DNA of 64,000 nucleotides from Candidatus Omnitrophota bacterium (GTDB lineage Bacteria; Omnitrophota; Gorgyraeia; Zapsychrales; Fredricksoniimonadaceae): NCBI GenBank assembly GCA_016201795.1, contig JACQCF010000014.1, positions 49,648 to 113,647 of the forward strand, read 5' to 3'. Shown piece by piece: positions 1 to 8,634 of this stretch (position 1 is its first letter; each line of letters starts with the position of its first letter). The notes under the pieces were generated by a model. It saw only the letters and a program-made list of their open reading frames with translations, ran no database searches and was not told where the DNA came from. The position numbers and the translations under genes were made by a program.

Positions 1-332
1 TGATTGTCGTTATGGTTTTTGTCAGTATGGCGACCATCATGGTCACGCTCTTTGTTTCTCACAAAATTGCGGGACCCTTATATCGTTTCAAGCAAACCTT
101 TAAAGAACTTTCTCAAGGGCGTTTCACCAACCAAGTTAAGCTCAGGGAAGGTGACCAGCTTCAGGAAGTCGCTGGAGACTTCAACCAGATGATCACGACC
201 GTCCGTACGCAGGTGCAGACAGCTCAAGAGCAACTGGCGGCTATTAAGAAGGATGTGGAGCAAAGCGGCGATGCCGGACTTAAAGGGAAATTCCAGCAAT
301 TGGAAAAGGCGGTCAACTTTTTTAAGGTATGA
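1..332 (+). CDS. HAMP-domain protein, C-terminal fragment (N-terminus lies upstream of the window)
   Basis: The reading frame is open from the window edge. A hydrophobic TM-like stretch (IVVMVFVSMATIMVTLFV) is followed by a HAMP-like heptad segment (IAGPLYRFKQTFKELSQGRF...GDQLQEVAGDFNQMI). Confidence 0.5.
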   Translation, partial: IVVMVFVSMATIMVTLFVSHKIAGPLYRFKQTFKELSQGRFTNQVKLREGDQLQEVAGDFNQMITTVRTQVQTAQEQLAAIKKDVEQSGDAGLKGKFQQLEKAVNFFKV

Positions 333-925
333 TGCGGCCTAAGACCAATCTCCTTAGTGTTTTGATCTTTGCGATGGCGGTAGTTGCCGTTTCCCTGTCA
401 TGGGCGGCTACTGTCGACGACGGATTTTCCGTCGGCCATAAGATCGAAACCCGTCATTTTAATGTTTTTATCGCACCTGGTGTCGATGACGCCTTGTTGA
501 TCAGATCGCTCGATATCGGGCCGGAACATAAAATTCTCTCCGGTCAGTCCACCGCCGGCGTTTCTTATTCGGCCAATAATCTGGGCGACCTTTTGGACGT
601 GCTCTTTGGCTGGGTTTGTAACGTCCTGGACATGAAGCTTTACAGTTACAAGGGCGTCATCAAGATTGCGCGCGACGAGAACGAGCTTAAAGGGGTTTTT
701 CGCAAATTGTACGGCCAGGAAGGTTATTCCCAAAAGGCATTTTATGTCTCTGAGCTTAACACCATTTACATCGCGGCCCCGGACTTTACGAAGGAGATCT
801 TAAGCCACGAGATGGGGCACGCCATTATGGGTAGTTATTTTGTGGTCCAGCCACCGGAAAAAATCGCCGAGGTCCTGGCGGGATATATCGAATATCAATT
901 ACGCAAGAGCAATACGCAGCCTTGA
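329..925 (+). CDS. Secreted hypothetical protein with an HEMGH zinc-metallopeptidase-like motif
   Basis: N-terminal signal peptide (LLSVLIFAMAVVAVSLSWA). An HExxH motif (SHEMGHAIMG) sits near the C-terminus. The start overlaps the upstream stop. Confidence 0.45.
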   Translation: MMRPKTNLLSVLIFAMAVVAVSLSWAATVDDGFSVGHKIETRHFNVFIAPGVDDALLIRSLDIGPEHKILSGQSTAGVSYSANNLGDLLDVLFGWVCNVLDMKLYSYKGVIKIARDENELKGVFRKLYGQEGYSQKAFYVSELNTIYIAAPDFTKEILSHEMGHAIMGSYFVVQPPEKIAEVLAGYIEYQLRKSNTQP

Positions 926-981
926 GCGTCGTATTCCACATTAAATCATAGGTCTCAAAATAGAAAGGAAGGGGTAAGGAC

Positions 982-1743
982 ATGTCATTTTTATTAATTC
1001 CGTTTTTAATTATAGTTTTTGTTTCCTCAGTCAGGATTATTCAGCAGTACGAAACAGGGGTGGTTTTTCAGCTGGGCAGATATTCTAGAACGCTTCATCC
1101 GGGATTCAATTTGATTATTCCTGTGATTGAGTCGGCAAGGGTTATCGATATGAGGGTATTGACCAACGATATCCCTAAACAGCAGGCTATCACTAAGGAC
1201 AATGTGCCGGTATCCATCAATGGGGTGGTCTATTTTCAAGTGGTGGATGCTCAAACGGCCGTTATTAAAGTTCAGAATTATTTGTACGCGGTTTCACAAT
1301 ATGCCCAGGCGGCCTTGAGGGATGTGGTGGGTGGGATGACGTTTGATGATCTTTTGGCCGAAAGGCAAAAGATTGGTGATGAAATTGAAGCCATCATTCA
1401 AAAACAAGCATCGAACTGGGGTCTTCAAGTAACAGCCATCAAGATTTTAGATGTGGATGTGCCTGAAGAATTAAAAAAGATGATGTCCCGGCAGGCTTCC
1501 GCGGAAAGAGAGAAAAGAGCAAACATTACCAAGGCAGAAGGGGATAAGCTAGCCTCTGTCAATCTGGCTGAAGCAGCAAGGATCATGGCTCAGTCCCCGG
1601 GTGCCATGCAGTTAAGAACCCTTCAAACGCTTGATGGTCTTGGGCCTACGGCATCCAACACCGTCGTTCTTGCGGTTCCCATCGATGTATTGGACTTGGT
1701 CAGAGCGGCTACAACTAAACTTGCAGAAAAGAAACAAGAATAA
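982..1743 (+). CDS. SPFH/band-7 (stomatin/prohibitin-like) membrane protein
   Basis: N-terminal TM followed by a typical SPFH core (IIQQYETGVVFQLGRY...VSINGVVYFQVVDAQTAV...QNY). A GGAAGG ribosome-binding site lies upstream. Confidence 0.85.
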   Translation: MSFLLIPFLIIVFVSSVRIIQQYETGVVFQLGRYSRTLHPGFNLIIPVIESARVIDMRVLTNDIPKQQAITKDNVPVSINGVVYFQVVDAQTAVIKVQNYLYAVSQYAQAALRDVVGGMTFDDLLAERQKIGDEIEAIIQKQASNWGLQVTAIKILDVDVPEELKKMMSRQASAEREKRANITKAEGDKLASVNLAEAARIMAQSPGAMQLRTLQTLDGLGPTASNTVVLAVPIDVLDLVRAATTKLAEKKQE

Positions 1744-1794
1744 GGTAGTATCAAAATTTTTATGAAAAATGAGTATGGAATGGGGTAAGGGATA

Positions 1795-2210
1795 TGAAAT
1801 TTCCCCCTCCCCTTGTGGGAGGGGTTAGGGGAGGGGAATTTGAAAAAAAGCTTAACAAAAACTGCCAGAGGACTAAGAAATAACGCTACGGAGGCTGAAA
1901 AACATCTTTGGTATATGCTGTGTCTCAAAAATCTTGGCGTTAAATTTCGCAGGCAAGCGCTGATAGGCCGTTACATAGGTGATTTTGTATGCTTTGAAAA
2001 GCGGTTGGTCATTGAAATTGATGGTGGACAACATGCGGATAGTGAGAATGACAAAATCCGCGATAGATGGCTTAGAGCAGAAGGATTTGAAGTGTTAAGG
2101 TTTTGGAATCATGATATGCTGAGGAATCGAGATGGGGTACTAGAAAAGATTACGGAACGATTGAATACCCCCACCCTGACCCTCCCCACAGGGGGGAGGG
2201 AATCCATGTT
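1795..2210 (+). mobile_element. Palindromic G/C-rich element carrying a DUF559 endonuclease gene (terminal inverted repeats about 1803-1836 and 2168-2205)
   Basis: Left arm ccccctccccttgtgggaggggttaggggagggg. Right arm cccccaccctgaccctccccacaggggggagggaatcc, which is its near reverse complement. The same arms recur without a gene at 29961-30063 and 41767-41870. Confidence 0.6.
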
Positions 2211-2250
2211 ACCAAAACTCTCTGGAAGCATTAAAGATAAGAAAATTTAG
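1813..2250 (+). CDS. DUF559 (Vsr-like fold) endonuclease-domain protein
   Basis: Translation carries the conserved DUF559 core (AEKHLWYML...GVKFRRQ...IGRYIGDFVC...LVIEIDGGQH...DRWLRAEGFEVLRFWNHDM). The ORF begins inside the left repeat arm (MWEGLGEG). Confidence 0.8.
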   Translation: MWEGLGEGNLKKSLTKTARGLRNNATEAEKHLWYMLCLKNLGVKFRRQALIGRYIGDFVCFEKRLVIEIDGGQHADSENDKIRDRWLRAEGFEVLRFWNHDMLRNRDGVLEKITERLNTPTLTLPTGGRESMLPKLSGSIKDKKI

Positions 2251-2297
2251 ATTAAAAATTTTTGACAATACGCAAGAATAAAAAATGGAGGATTTCT

Positions 2298-2918
2298 ATG
2301 CCCATAACCAAGAAAATCAAATGGTCCATCGAAGCAGACTTTCTTCAAGGGTGCAATTGCAATTACGGATGCCCGTGTGAATTTGAGGCGCCCCCCACGC
2401 TAGGGTATTGTGAAGGTCTGGGCGTCTGGAAGATCCGTAAAGGTCGTTATGGCCAAATGTCTTTAAACGGCTTAGGCTTTGCTTTTTGCGCCAAATGGCC
2501 GGCGGCCATTCATCAGGGCAACGGTACTGCCGCGCTTTTCTTCGACGAGCGCGCCACCACCCCGCAACGCGAAGCACTCTGGCAGATTGCCAGCGGCCAG
2601 GCTGGCGGGCTGCCCTTCGAGATCATTGCCACCACTTTTAGCAAGGTGTTCGACCCCGTTTATGTGCCGTTTAAATTTCATAACAAAGGCCGCAACAGCT
2701 CTGCCCGCGTCGGGGATGCGCTGGCCGTTGCCCTTGAACCCATCAAAAATCCGGTCACCGGTGATGCGGAAAGCATTAAAATCAAGCATGGCACCGGCTT
2801 TATCTTTAAAGAAGCCGAATGCGTTTCCGCTAAAGAATGTCGCTCCGCATTCAAGAAAATTCGTTTTTCTTGGCCTGGCAAAGGCGGTTTTATCAGTAAA
2901 ATTAAATACAGTAATTGA
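2298..2918 (+). CDS. DUF1326-family protein (GCNCxxGCPC motif)
   Basis: Cys-rich N-terminus (QGCNCNYGCPCEFEAPPTLGYCEG). The start is placed at the ATG at 2298, preceded by GGAGG. It is immediately followed by its usual DUF2182 partner. Confidence 0.65.
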   Translation: MPITKKIKWSIEADFLQGCNCNYGCPCEFEAPPTLGYCEGLGVWKIRKGRYGQMSLNGLGFAFCAKWPAAIHQGNGTAALFFDERATTPQREALWQIASGQAGGLPFEIIATTFSKVFDPVYVPFKFHNKGRNSSARVGDALAVALEPIKNPVTGDAESIKIKHGTGFIFKEAECVSAKECRSAFKKIRFSWPGKGGFISKIKYSN

Positions 2919-3673
2919 GGGATAGTATGGACAATGTTGCCCAGCGTCGTTTGATCCTTATTAGTCTGGGGGTTCTGGTGGCGGTGGCGTGGGTTGTGAT
3001 GGTTTACCAGGCCAGACAGATGACTTTAAACAAAAGCGTGTGTTGTTTGGCCGTGGTACATCCCTGGCAGGTGGCTGAAGGTTGGTCGGCGTTGACCATG
3101 TGGGTGGTCATGATGGCCGGCATGATGGTGCCTTCCGCCGTGCCCATGGTCTTGATGTTTGCCGCGCTTAATCGTCGGCGGGGGGATGGGTATAACACCG
3201 TGGTGTCTACCTGGTTTTTTGTTGGCGGCTACTTGATTGTCTGGGCGGGGTTTAGTGTTCTGGCCACCGCTTTACAATGGTATTTACAGCAGCAGGCCTT
3301 GCTTTCTGCGTTCATGGCCAGCGCTCATCCGTGGTTTGGTGGTTTTTTATTGATCCTGGCAGGTGTTTTTCAATGGACGCCGCTCAAGCAGACATGCCTG
3401 AGATTCTGCCAGACACCTTTTGGTTTTTTGATGACCGGCTGGCGTCAAGGTAACGGCGGTGCTTTGGTGATGGGCCTTCATCATGGCATGTATTGTGTGG
3501 GCTGTTGCTGGGCCCTGATGGGGCTTCTGTTCGTGCTAGGGGTGATGAACCTGTGGTGGATCCTGGCACTAAGTTTTTTTGTCCTCGCTGAGAAAGTAAT
3601 CCCTCCTCAAATGGCGTTTAGCCGTATGGCTGGATGGGCACTGGTCATCTGGGGTTTGGTGCTGGTGTTTTAG
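2915..3673 (+). CDS. DUF2182-family predicted metal-binding integral membrane protein
   Basis: Polytopic membrane protein of about 250 aa. It is translationally coupled to the DUF1326 gene, and this pairing is recurrent. Confidence 0.65.
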   Translation: MRDSMDNVAQRRLILISLGVLVAVAWVVMVYQARQMTLNKSVCCLAVVHPWQVAEGWSALTMWVVMMAGMMVPSAVPMVLMFAALNRRRGDGYNTVVSTWFFVGGYLIVWAGFSVLATALQWYLQQQALLSAFMASAHPWFGGFLLILAGVFQWTPLKQTCLRFCQTPFGFLMTGWRQGNGGALVMGLHHGMYCVGCCWALMGLLFVLGVMNLWWILALSFFVLAEKVIPPQMAFSRMAGWALVIWGLVLVF

Positions 3674-3709
3674 TCCCCATTTGAAATTTATACTCAATGA
3701 AGAGATAGG

Positions 3710-4864
3710 ATGGATGTGAATCAAAGAATTCGTTTTGACCGTAATGAATTATCCGGAGCCTTCGGCGATATTGGCACAGATTTTCCTTTAATTGTCGGGA
3801 TGATCTTAACAGCTGGTTTGGATGCCACCAGTGTGCTGGTGATGTATGGCCTGATGCAAATGGCCACGGGCCTTATTTATCAAAGACCCATGCCGGTGCA
3901 GCCATTGAAGGTCGTTGCGATGATTGTCATTACACAAAAACTGACCGGTCCCACCCTCTATGGCGGCGGTTTAGCTATCGCTTTCATTATGTTGTTGCTA
4001 ACACTCACTCGCTCTTTGGATTGGTTGGCAAGAAGCGTTCCTAAATGTGTGGTGCGTGGTATTCAAGCAGGACTTGGGTTAAATCTGGCCCTATTGGCAT
4101 TAAAAGATTACGTGGGGCGTGACGGAGTAAACGGATATATTTTAGCGGCTGCTGCGTTTGTGTTAATTTTGTTTTTACTGCCTAATAAAAGATTCCCGGC
4201 TGCTTTGGCTGTGATTGGATTGGGTTTAGTCTATGCATTTGTTTTTAAGCTCAATTTATCAGATTTAAAGACAGCGGTTAGTGTTCATCTTCCCAGTCTC
4301 TCTATCCCGTCAAGCCATGATATATGGACCGGGTTTTTGTTGTTAGCGATTCCTCAAATTCCTTTGTCTTTAGGGAATTCCATTCTTGCCACCCGTCAGG
4401 TGAATGATGATTTATTCCCTCAACGACCGCTCACCATTCGCAAAATCGGTTTTACCTACAGCCTGATGAACTTCATTAGCCCGTTGTTTGGCGGGGTACC
4501 GGTGTGCCATGGTTCAGGAGGCATGATGGGCCACTATACTTTTGGGGCGCGTACGGGAGGGTCTTTGTTGATTTATGGAGGGATGTATTTGATTTTAGGG
4601 TTATTTTTATCCCAAGGATTCTCAAAAGTCATTAACATTTTTCCCATACCCATTTTAGGGACCATTCTTTTTATTGAAGCGCTTGCTTTGATGATGCTGG
4701 TCAAAGATATCAGTGGCAACAAAACTGAGCTGTGGATTGCATGGATGGTGGCGCTGATGTCTTGCGCCTTACCTAATGGGTTTGTTATTGGCTTAGTTGC
4801 AGGGATTCTGGTGCATTGGATTCAGTCAAATCGGTCATTAATAAATAATTTTGATTTACATTAG
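3710..4864 (+). CDS. MOT1/SulP-related putative molybdate or sulfate transporter
   Basis: N-terminal ELSGAFGDIGTDFPLIVGMIL motif, characteristic of MOT1-type transporters. It has about 10 predicted TM segments. Confidence 0.6.
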   Translation: MDVNQRIRFDRNELSGAFGDIGTDFPLIVGMILTAGLDATSVLVMYGLMQMATGLIYQRPMPVQPLKVVAMIVITQKLTGPTLYGGGLAIAFIMLLLTLTRSLDWLARSVPKCVVRGIQAGLGLNLALLALKDYVGRDGVNGYILAAAAFVLILFLLPNKRFPAALAVIGLGLVYAFVFKLNLSDLKTAVSVHLPSLSIPSSHDIWTGFLLLAIPQIPLSLGNSILATRQVNDDLFPQRPLTIRKIGFTYSLMNFISPLFGGVPVCHGSGGMMGHYTFGARTGGSLLIYGGMYLILGLFLSQGFSKVINIFPIPILGTILFIEALALMMLVKDISGNKTELWIAWMVALMSCALPNGFVIGLVAGILVHWIQSNRSLINNFDLH

Positions 4865-4995
4865 TTTTGTGGTGTTTTTGTGCTACAATTTTTTTGTTTA
4901 AGACATTTTAATTTATATCCAAGGCCGTCCCTTCTAGGGACGAGCCTCGTCATTTCCTTCTTAGAAGGAATGAGGAAAAATGACGGGAGGGTATC

Positions 4996-5475
4996 GTGAT
5001 CTTACGTCTCTTATTAGGAATGATATTTTTAGCGGTGACCGCCGGCTGTGCTACCACCAGGGTCAAAACCGAACAAGAACAGCTGCAGAGCCGCGTCACA
5101 GCGCTCGAGAAGAAGGCGGAAGAGAAAGATTCCGAAATCGTTGATCTTCAGTATCAGGTCAAAGACCTTTCCGGCAAGGTCAGTACAAAAGATACTGCTG
5201 ATACTTCTGTGGCAGATGATACCGAGGCCTTGGCCGCTTCCAAAACCTCCTCTCATAAAACATCCGCTAATGATATCATCCGTGTCGATGTTAGTGTTAA
5301 GAATGTGCAGACAGCCCTGAAAAATGCCGGCGTTTATTCCGGTAAGATTGACGGCAAGGCTGGATCTGCCACCAAAGAAGCGATCATAGAATTCCAGCAA
5401 GAGCATCATTTGACCGCTGACGGCGTCCTGGGGCGTAAGACCTGGGGGCTCCTCAAGTCCTACTTGAAAGAATAG
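4996..5475 (+). CDS. Lipoprotein with coiled-coil region and C-terminal peptidoglycan-binding (PG_binding_1-like) domain
   Basis: GTG start after a GGGAGG ribosome-binding site. Lipobox LAVTAGC. C-terminal ALKNAGVYSGKIDGKAGSATKEAIIEFQQEHHLTADGVLGRKTW resembles a peptidoglycan-binding domain. Confidence 0.65.
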   Translation: MILRLLLGMIFLAVTAGCATTRVKTEQEQLQSRVTALEKKAEEKDSEIVDLQYQVKDLSGKVSTKDTADTSVADDTEALAASKTSSHKTSANDIIRVDVSVKNVQTALKNAGVYSGKIDGKAGSATKEAIIEFQQEHHLTADGVLGRKTWGLLKSYLKE

Positions 5476-5501
5476 GTTTTCTGCACTACAATTAATCCCT
5501 T

Positions 5502-5726
5502 GTGGCCAACCGTTGGATTTTCTTTACCATTCTTTTTGCCGCCTGTATTTTAGGCTCGATCGGTATTTTTATTTTTGCCGTCGGTCTGGAAACCGGCAAC
5601 CGCATTGTCAATTTTACCATGAAAGCCCTGATTGAACATGCGACGGCGGTGTTGGTCTTATTTGGGATATTTAATATCATCGTGTTTTGCATTTATGTGA
5701 AGGTGCGCAAGAATCTTCGACTATGA
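5502..5726 (+). CDS. Small hypothetical membrane protein (two TM helices)
   Basis: 74-aa ORF with two hydrophobic helices. No recognisable ribosome-binding site. It overlaps the start region of the next gene. Confidence 0.35.
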   Translation: MANRWIFFTILFAACILGSIGIFIFAVGLETGNRIVNFTMKALIEHATAVLVLFGIFNIIVFCIYVKVRKNLRL

Positions 5727-6778
5727 TTAATCTGGATGTTATTTCCGAAGAACAGCTTTTAAAGACGCGTTTGTGCGATTTACCCGTTGCCATCGAAGGC
5801 ACGTGGCTGCAGGAATGCGTGGGGGAACTTTATCGAGAGCTGGATGCCAAGGGTTTAGTTTTTCATCCGGAATGTTATCTGGCGGACGAATGGCTGACAC
5901 CCGAGAAAGAGACGGTCATCGGTATTCCTTTTTATCTGGCGCATCCGACGCTCATTAAGCTTGAGCATAAAATGATGCTGGAGGCCGAAGGCGAGAGTAA
6001 GGCCTGGTGTATGCAGCTGCTGCGTCATGAGGCCGGCCACGCATTTTCCTATGCCTATGATTTGCACCAACGCCACGACTGGCAAAAGACTTTCGGGTCC
6101 TCCGAGGAAGAATACGGCGACACGTATAAATTCAAACCCTACAGTAAAAGTTATGTGCGTCATATCGATGGTTTCTATGCCCAATACCATCCGGATGAGG
6201 ATTTCGTCGAGACTTTCGCGGTGTGGCTGACGCCGGATTCTAACTGGCAGCAAACTTACCAGGGATGGAAGGCGCTCAAGAAATTGCAGTTGGTGGATGA
6301 ATTAATGAATACGATCAAGGGCAAGCCCTCTTTGAAGAAAAAGGGCCGTAAGCTCTGGAATCAGAAAAAATTGACTATCACGCTAGAGAAGTATTACCGC
6401 CGCAAAAAAGCACATGAACAGGAGGACTTTCCCGATTTTTACGACGTGCAGTTAAATAAGATTTTTAAGAGCCTGACTCATGAAGAATGGCTGGCCTTTC
6501 GCAAAGAACGGCGCAAGAATAAAAATCTCATGAGCGCCGAGAATCTCATTCGTAAGTACAATAAAAATCTTTTAAATAGTATTGACCGATGCACCGGCGA
6601 GCGCAAATATATGATCAGTGATTTGCTCAAGAACATCAGTTTGCGGGCCAGGCAGCTGAATATGATTGTCGCGGATGATTCGATTCATAGCCTGATACAA
6701 TTGTCGGTGTATGTCACTAGTTTGGTGATGAATTATGTACACACCGGCTGGTATCGGGGGAAAAACAAACGGACATGA
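5723..6778 (+). CDS. Predicted zinc metallopeptidase-like protein (HEAGH motif)
   Basis: HExxH motif (LLRHEAGHAFSYAY) followed by downstream conserved acidic residues. Its stop overlaps the start of the following ATP-grasp gene. Confidence 0.55.
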   Translation: MINLDVISEEQLLKTRLCDLPVAIEGTWLQECVGELYRELDAKGLVFHPECYLADEWLTPEKETVIGIPFYLAHPTLIKLEHKMMLEAEGESKAWCMQLLRHEAGHAFSYAYDLHQRHDWQKTFGSSEEEYGDTYKFKPYSKSYVRHIDGFYAQYHPDEDFVETFAVWLTPDSNWQQTYQGWKALKKLQLVDELMNTIKGKPSLKKKGRKLWNQKKLTITLEKYYRRKKAHEQEDFPDFYDVQLNKIFKSLTHEEWLAFRKERRKNKNLMSAENLIRKYNKNLLNSIDRCTGERKYMISDLLKNISLRARQLNMIVADDSIHSLIQLSVYVTSLVMNYVHTGWYRGKNKRT

Positions 6779-7824
6779 AAAGGAAACTCAAAGTCCTCAT
6801 GCTTTTTTACAGCCCTTATCAGAAACCGCGCGGCTATGATTACAAAGAAGAGTTTGCTGACCCGGATAATATGTACACGGAAAAAGATGTTTGGAAGGCG
6901 CTCAAAGATCTGGAGCATGAGGTGAGTTTGCTGGGGGTTTACAATGATATCAGCCCTTTGTTCGAGGAGATTAAAGAAAATAAACCCGATGTGATTTTCA
7001 ATATGATGGAGGTCTTCAACGACCAGACCCACCTGGAAAAGAATTTAGCCGCGCTTCTTGAGGTTTTAGGTATTCCTTTCACCGGTGCCTCCTCGGGGGT
7101 TTTGTATTTGTGTAACAATAAGGCCTTGCATAAAAAGATTTTTAATTATCACCGCATTAAAGTGCCGCGTTTTCATGATTTTGTCCGCGGCAGCCGCGTG
7201 TTTGTGCCGGCTAAATTCCGATTGCCCGCCGTGGTGAAGCCTTTATGCGAAGAAGCTTCCCGCGGTATTTCTCAGGCCTCGATGGTGGATACCGCCGAGG
7301 CTTTTGTGGAGCGGGTCAAATTCATCCACCAGAACATGGGGATGGATGCCATCGCCGAGGAATATATCGATGGCCGGGAATTGTATGTCACCGCCATGGG
7401 GTATAAGCCCATGGTGGTATTTCCCCCGCGGGAGATGGTATTTAAGAACATACCTGAAGAACAACCGCGTATCGCCACTTATAAAGCCAAATGGGACGAT
7501 AATTACCGTAAACGCTGGGGTATTGATAGCATCGCTGCCCAAAATCTTGATCAGATCATTCGCAAGCATATCGACGATGTTTGCCGGCGCGCCTATCGGG
7601 CCTTGGATGCCAGAAGCTATTTGCGTTTTGACCTGCGTCTGACAGAAGGCGGCGAGGTTTATATCATTGAGCCTAATGCCAATCCCTGCATTGCCCGCAT
7701 TGACGAAATGGCCCAGGCCGCGCATTTGGCCGGTGTCAGCTATCCAGAATTGATTCAACGGGTTCTGGAACAGGCCATTACCCTTAATCAGCAGGCCCGT
7801 TTAACCAAGAAAGCTAAATCATGA
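6775..7824 (+). CDS. ATP-grasp family ligase (D-Ala-D-Ala ligase-like fold)
   Basis: N-terminal pre-ATP-grasp segment (KVLMLFYSPY...DVIFNMME). Central and C-terminal ATP-grasp segments (LPAVVKPLCEEASRGIS..., EYIDGRELYV, YIIEPNANPCI). Confidence 0.75.
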   Translation: MKRKLKVLMLFYSPYQKPRGYDYKEEFADPDNMYTEKDVWKALKDLEHEVSLLGVYNDISPLFEEIKENKPDVIFNMMEVFNDQTHLEKNLAALLEVLGIPFTGASSGVLYLCNNKALHKKIFNYHRIKVPRFHDFVRGSRVFVPAKFRLPAVVKPLCEEASRGISQASMVDTAEAFVERVKFIHQNMGMDAIAEEYIDGRELYVTAMGYKPMVVFPPREMVFKNIPEEQPRIATYKAKWDDNYRKRWGIDSIAAQNLDQIIRKHIDDVCRRAYRALDARSYLRFDLRLTEGGEVYIIEPNANPCIARIDEMAQAAHLAGVSYPELIQRVLEQAITLNQQARLTKKAKS

Positions 7825-8600
7825 AACTGACACACCCTTTAGTGGCCTTGGATCTGGAAACCACCGGTACCTGGATTGAAAAGGACCGCATTATTGAAAT
7901 CGCCCTTATTAAAGTTCATCCCGACGGGAAAAAAGAGAACTTTGCCACCAAAGTCAATCCAGCCATGCCTATTCCCGCGCGGGTAACGGAAATAACCGGT
8001 ATTAGCAATGCCGACGTCAAAGACGCGCCCGCCTTCGGCAATATTGCGGGAAAGGTATTGCAATTTATCGGTGAGGCGGATTTGGGTGGTTTTAACATTG
8101 AGCGTTTTGACCTGCCTTTATTAGCCCGAGAATTCGCCGACGCGGGTTTGAAATTTGATTACAGCCAGCACACTATTTATGACGCGCAGAAAATTTATCA
8201 TCTCCACGAGAGGCGGGATTTGTTTGCCGCTTTTGCTTTTTATTGCCACCAGGAACTTAAAAGTGCCCATTCGGCGCTGGTGGATGCGCAGGCTGCTTTA
8301 AGCATCCTGGAGGAACAGGTCAAACGTTATGGCCAGGGAAAAGAACACGCGCAAGTGCTTAAAGCTTTTGATTATGAACCCAATAATGAGTTTTTCGATG
8401 GGGACCGTAAATTTCGATGGTGGAACGGGGATTTGTATATGACCTTTGGCAAATACGCCAGGAAAGAGCCGCTCAAGGTCATTGCCAAAAAGGATCCGCA
8501 TTATTTGCAATGGATTCTGGAGAAGGATTTCAGCGACGACGTTAAAGCGATGATTCAGGGCGTTTTAGGTGGTCGGTATCCCAAACAAGACCCGCCATAG
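7821..8600 (+). CDS. DEDDh 3'-5' exonuclease (DnaQ/epsilon-like)
   Basis: Exo I motif LVALDLETTG. Exo II motif GGFNIERFDLPLL. Exo III motif HSALVDAQAA. Confidence 0.8.
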   Translation: MKLTHPLVALDLETTGTWIEKDRIIEIALIKVHPDGKKENFATKVNPAMPIPARVTEITGISNADVKDAPAFGNIAGKVLQFIGEADLGGFNIERFDLPLLAREFADAGLKFDYSQHTIYDAQKIYHLHERRDLFAAFAFYCHQELKSAHSALVDAQAALSILEEQVKRYGQGKEHAQVLKAFDYEPNNEFFDGDRKFRWWNGDLYMTFGKYARKEPLKVIAKKDPHYLQWILEKDFSDDVKAMIQGVLGGRYPKQDPP

Positions 8601-8634
8601 GCGGGTCAAGAGGCTTGTTAAAGCAGAAACACCT

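Noticed and set aside
5029-5409. 126-aa minus-strand ORF and 90-aa alternative plus-frame ORF within the lipoprotein gene
   Set aside because: Both are shadow frames of the lipoprotein/PG-binding ORF, which has a lipobox and a recognisable C-terminal domain.
7243-7758. 171-aa minus-strand ORF inside the ATP-grasp gene
   Set aside because: Antisense to a gene with clear ATP-grasp motifs. No ribosome-binding site or recognisable domain.
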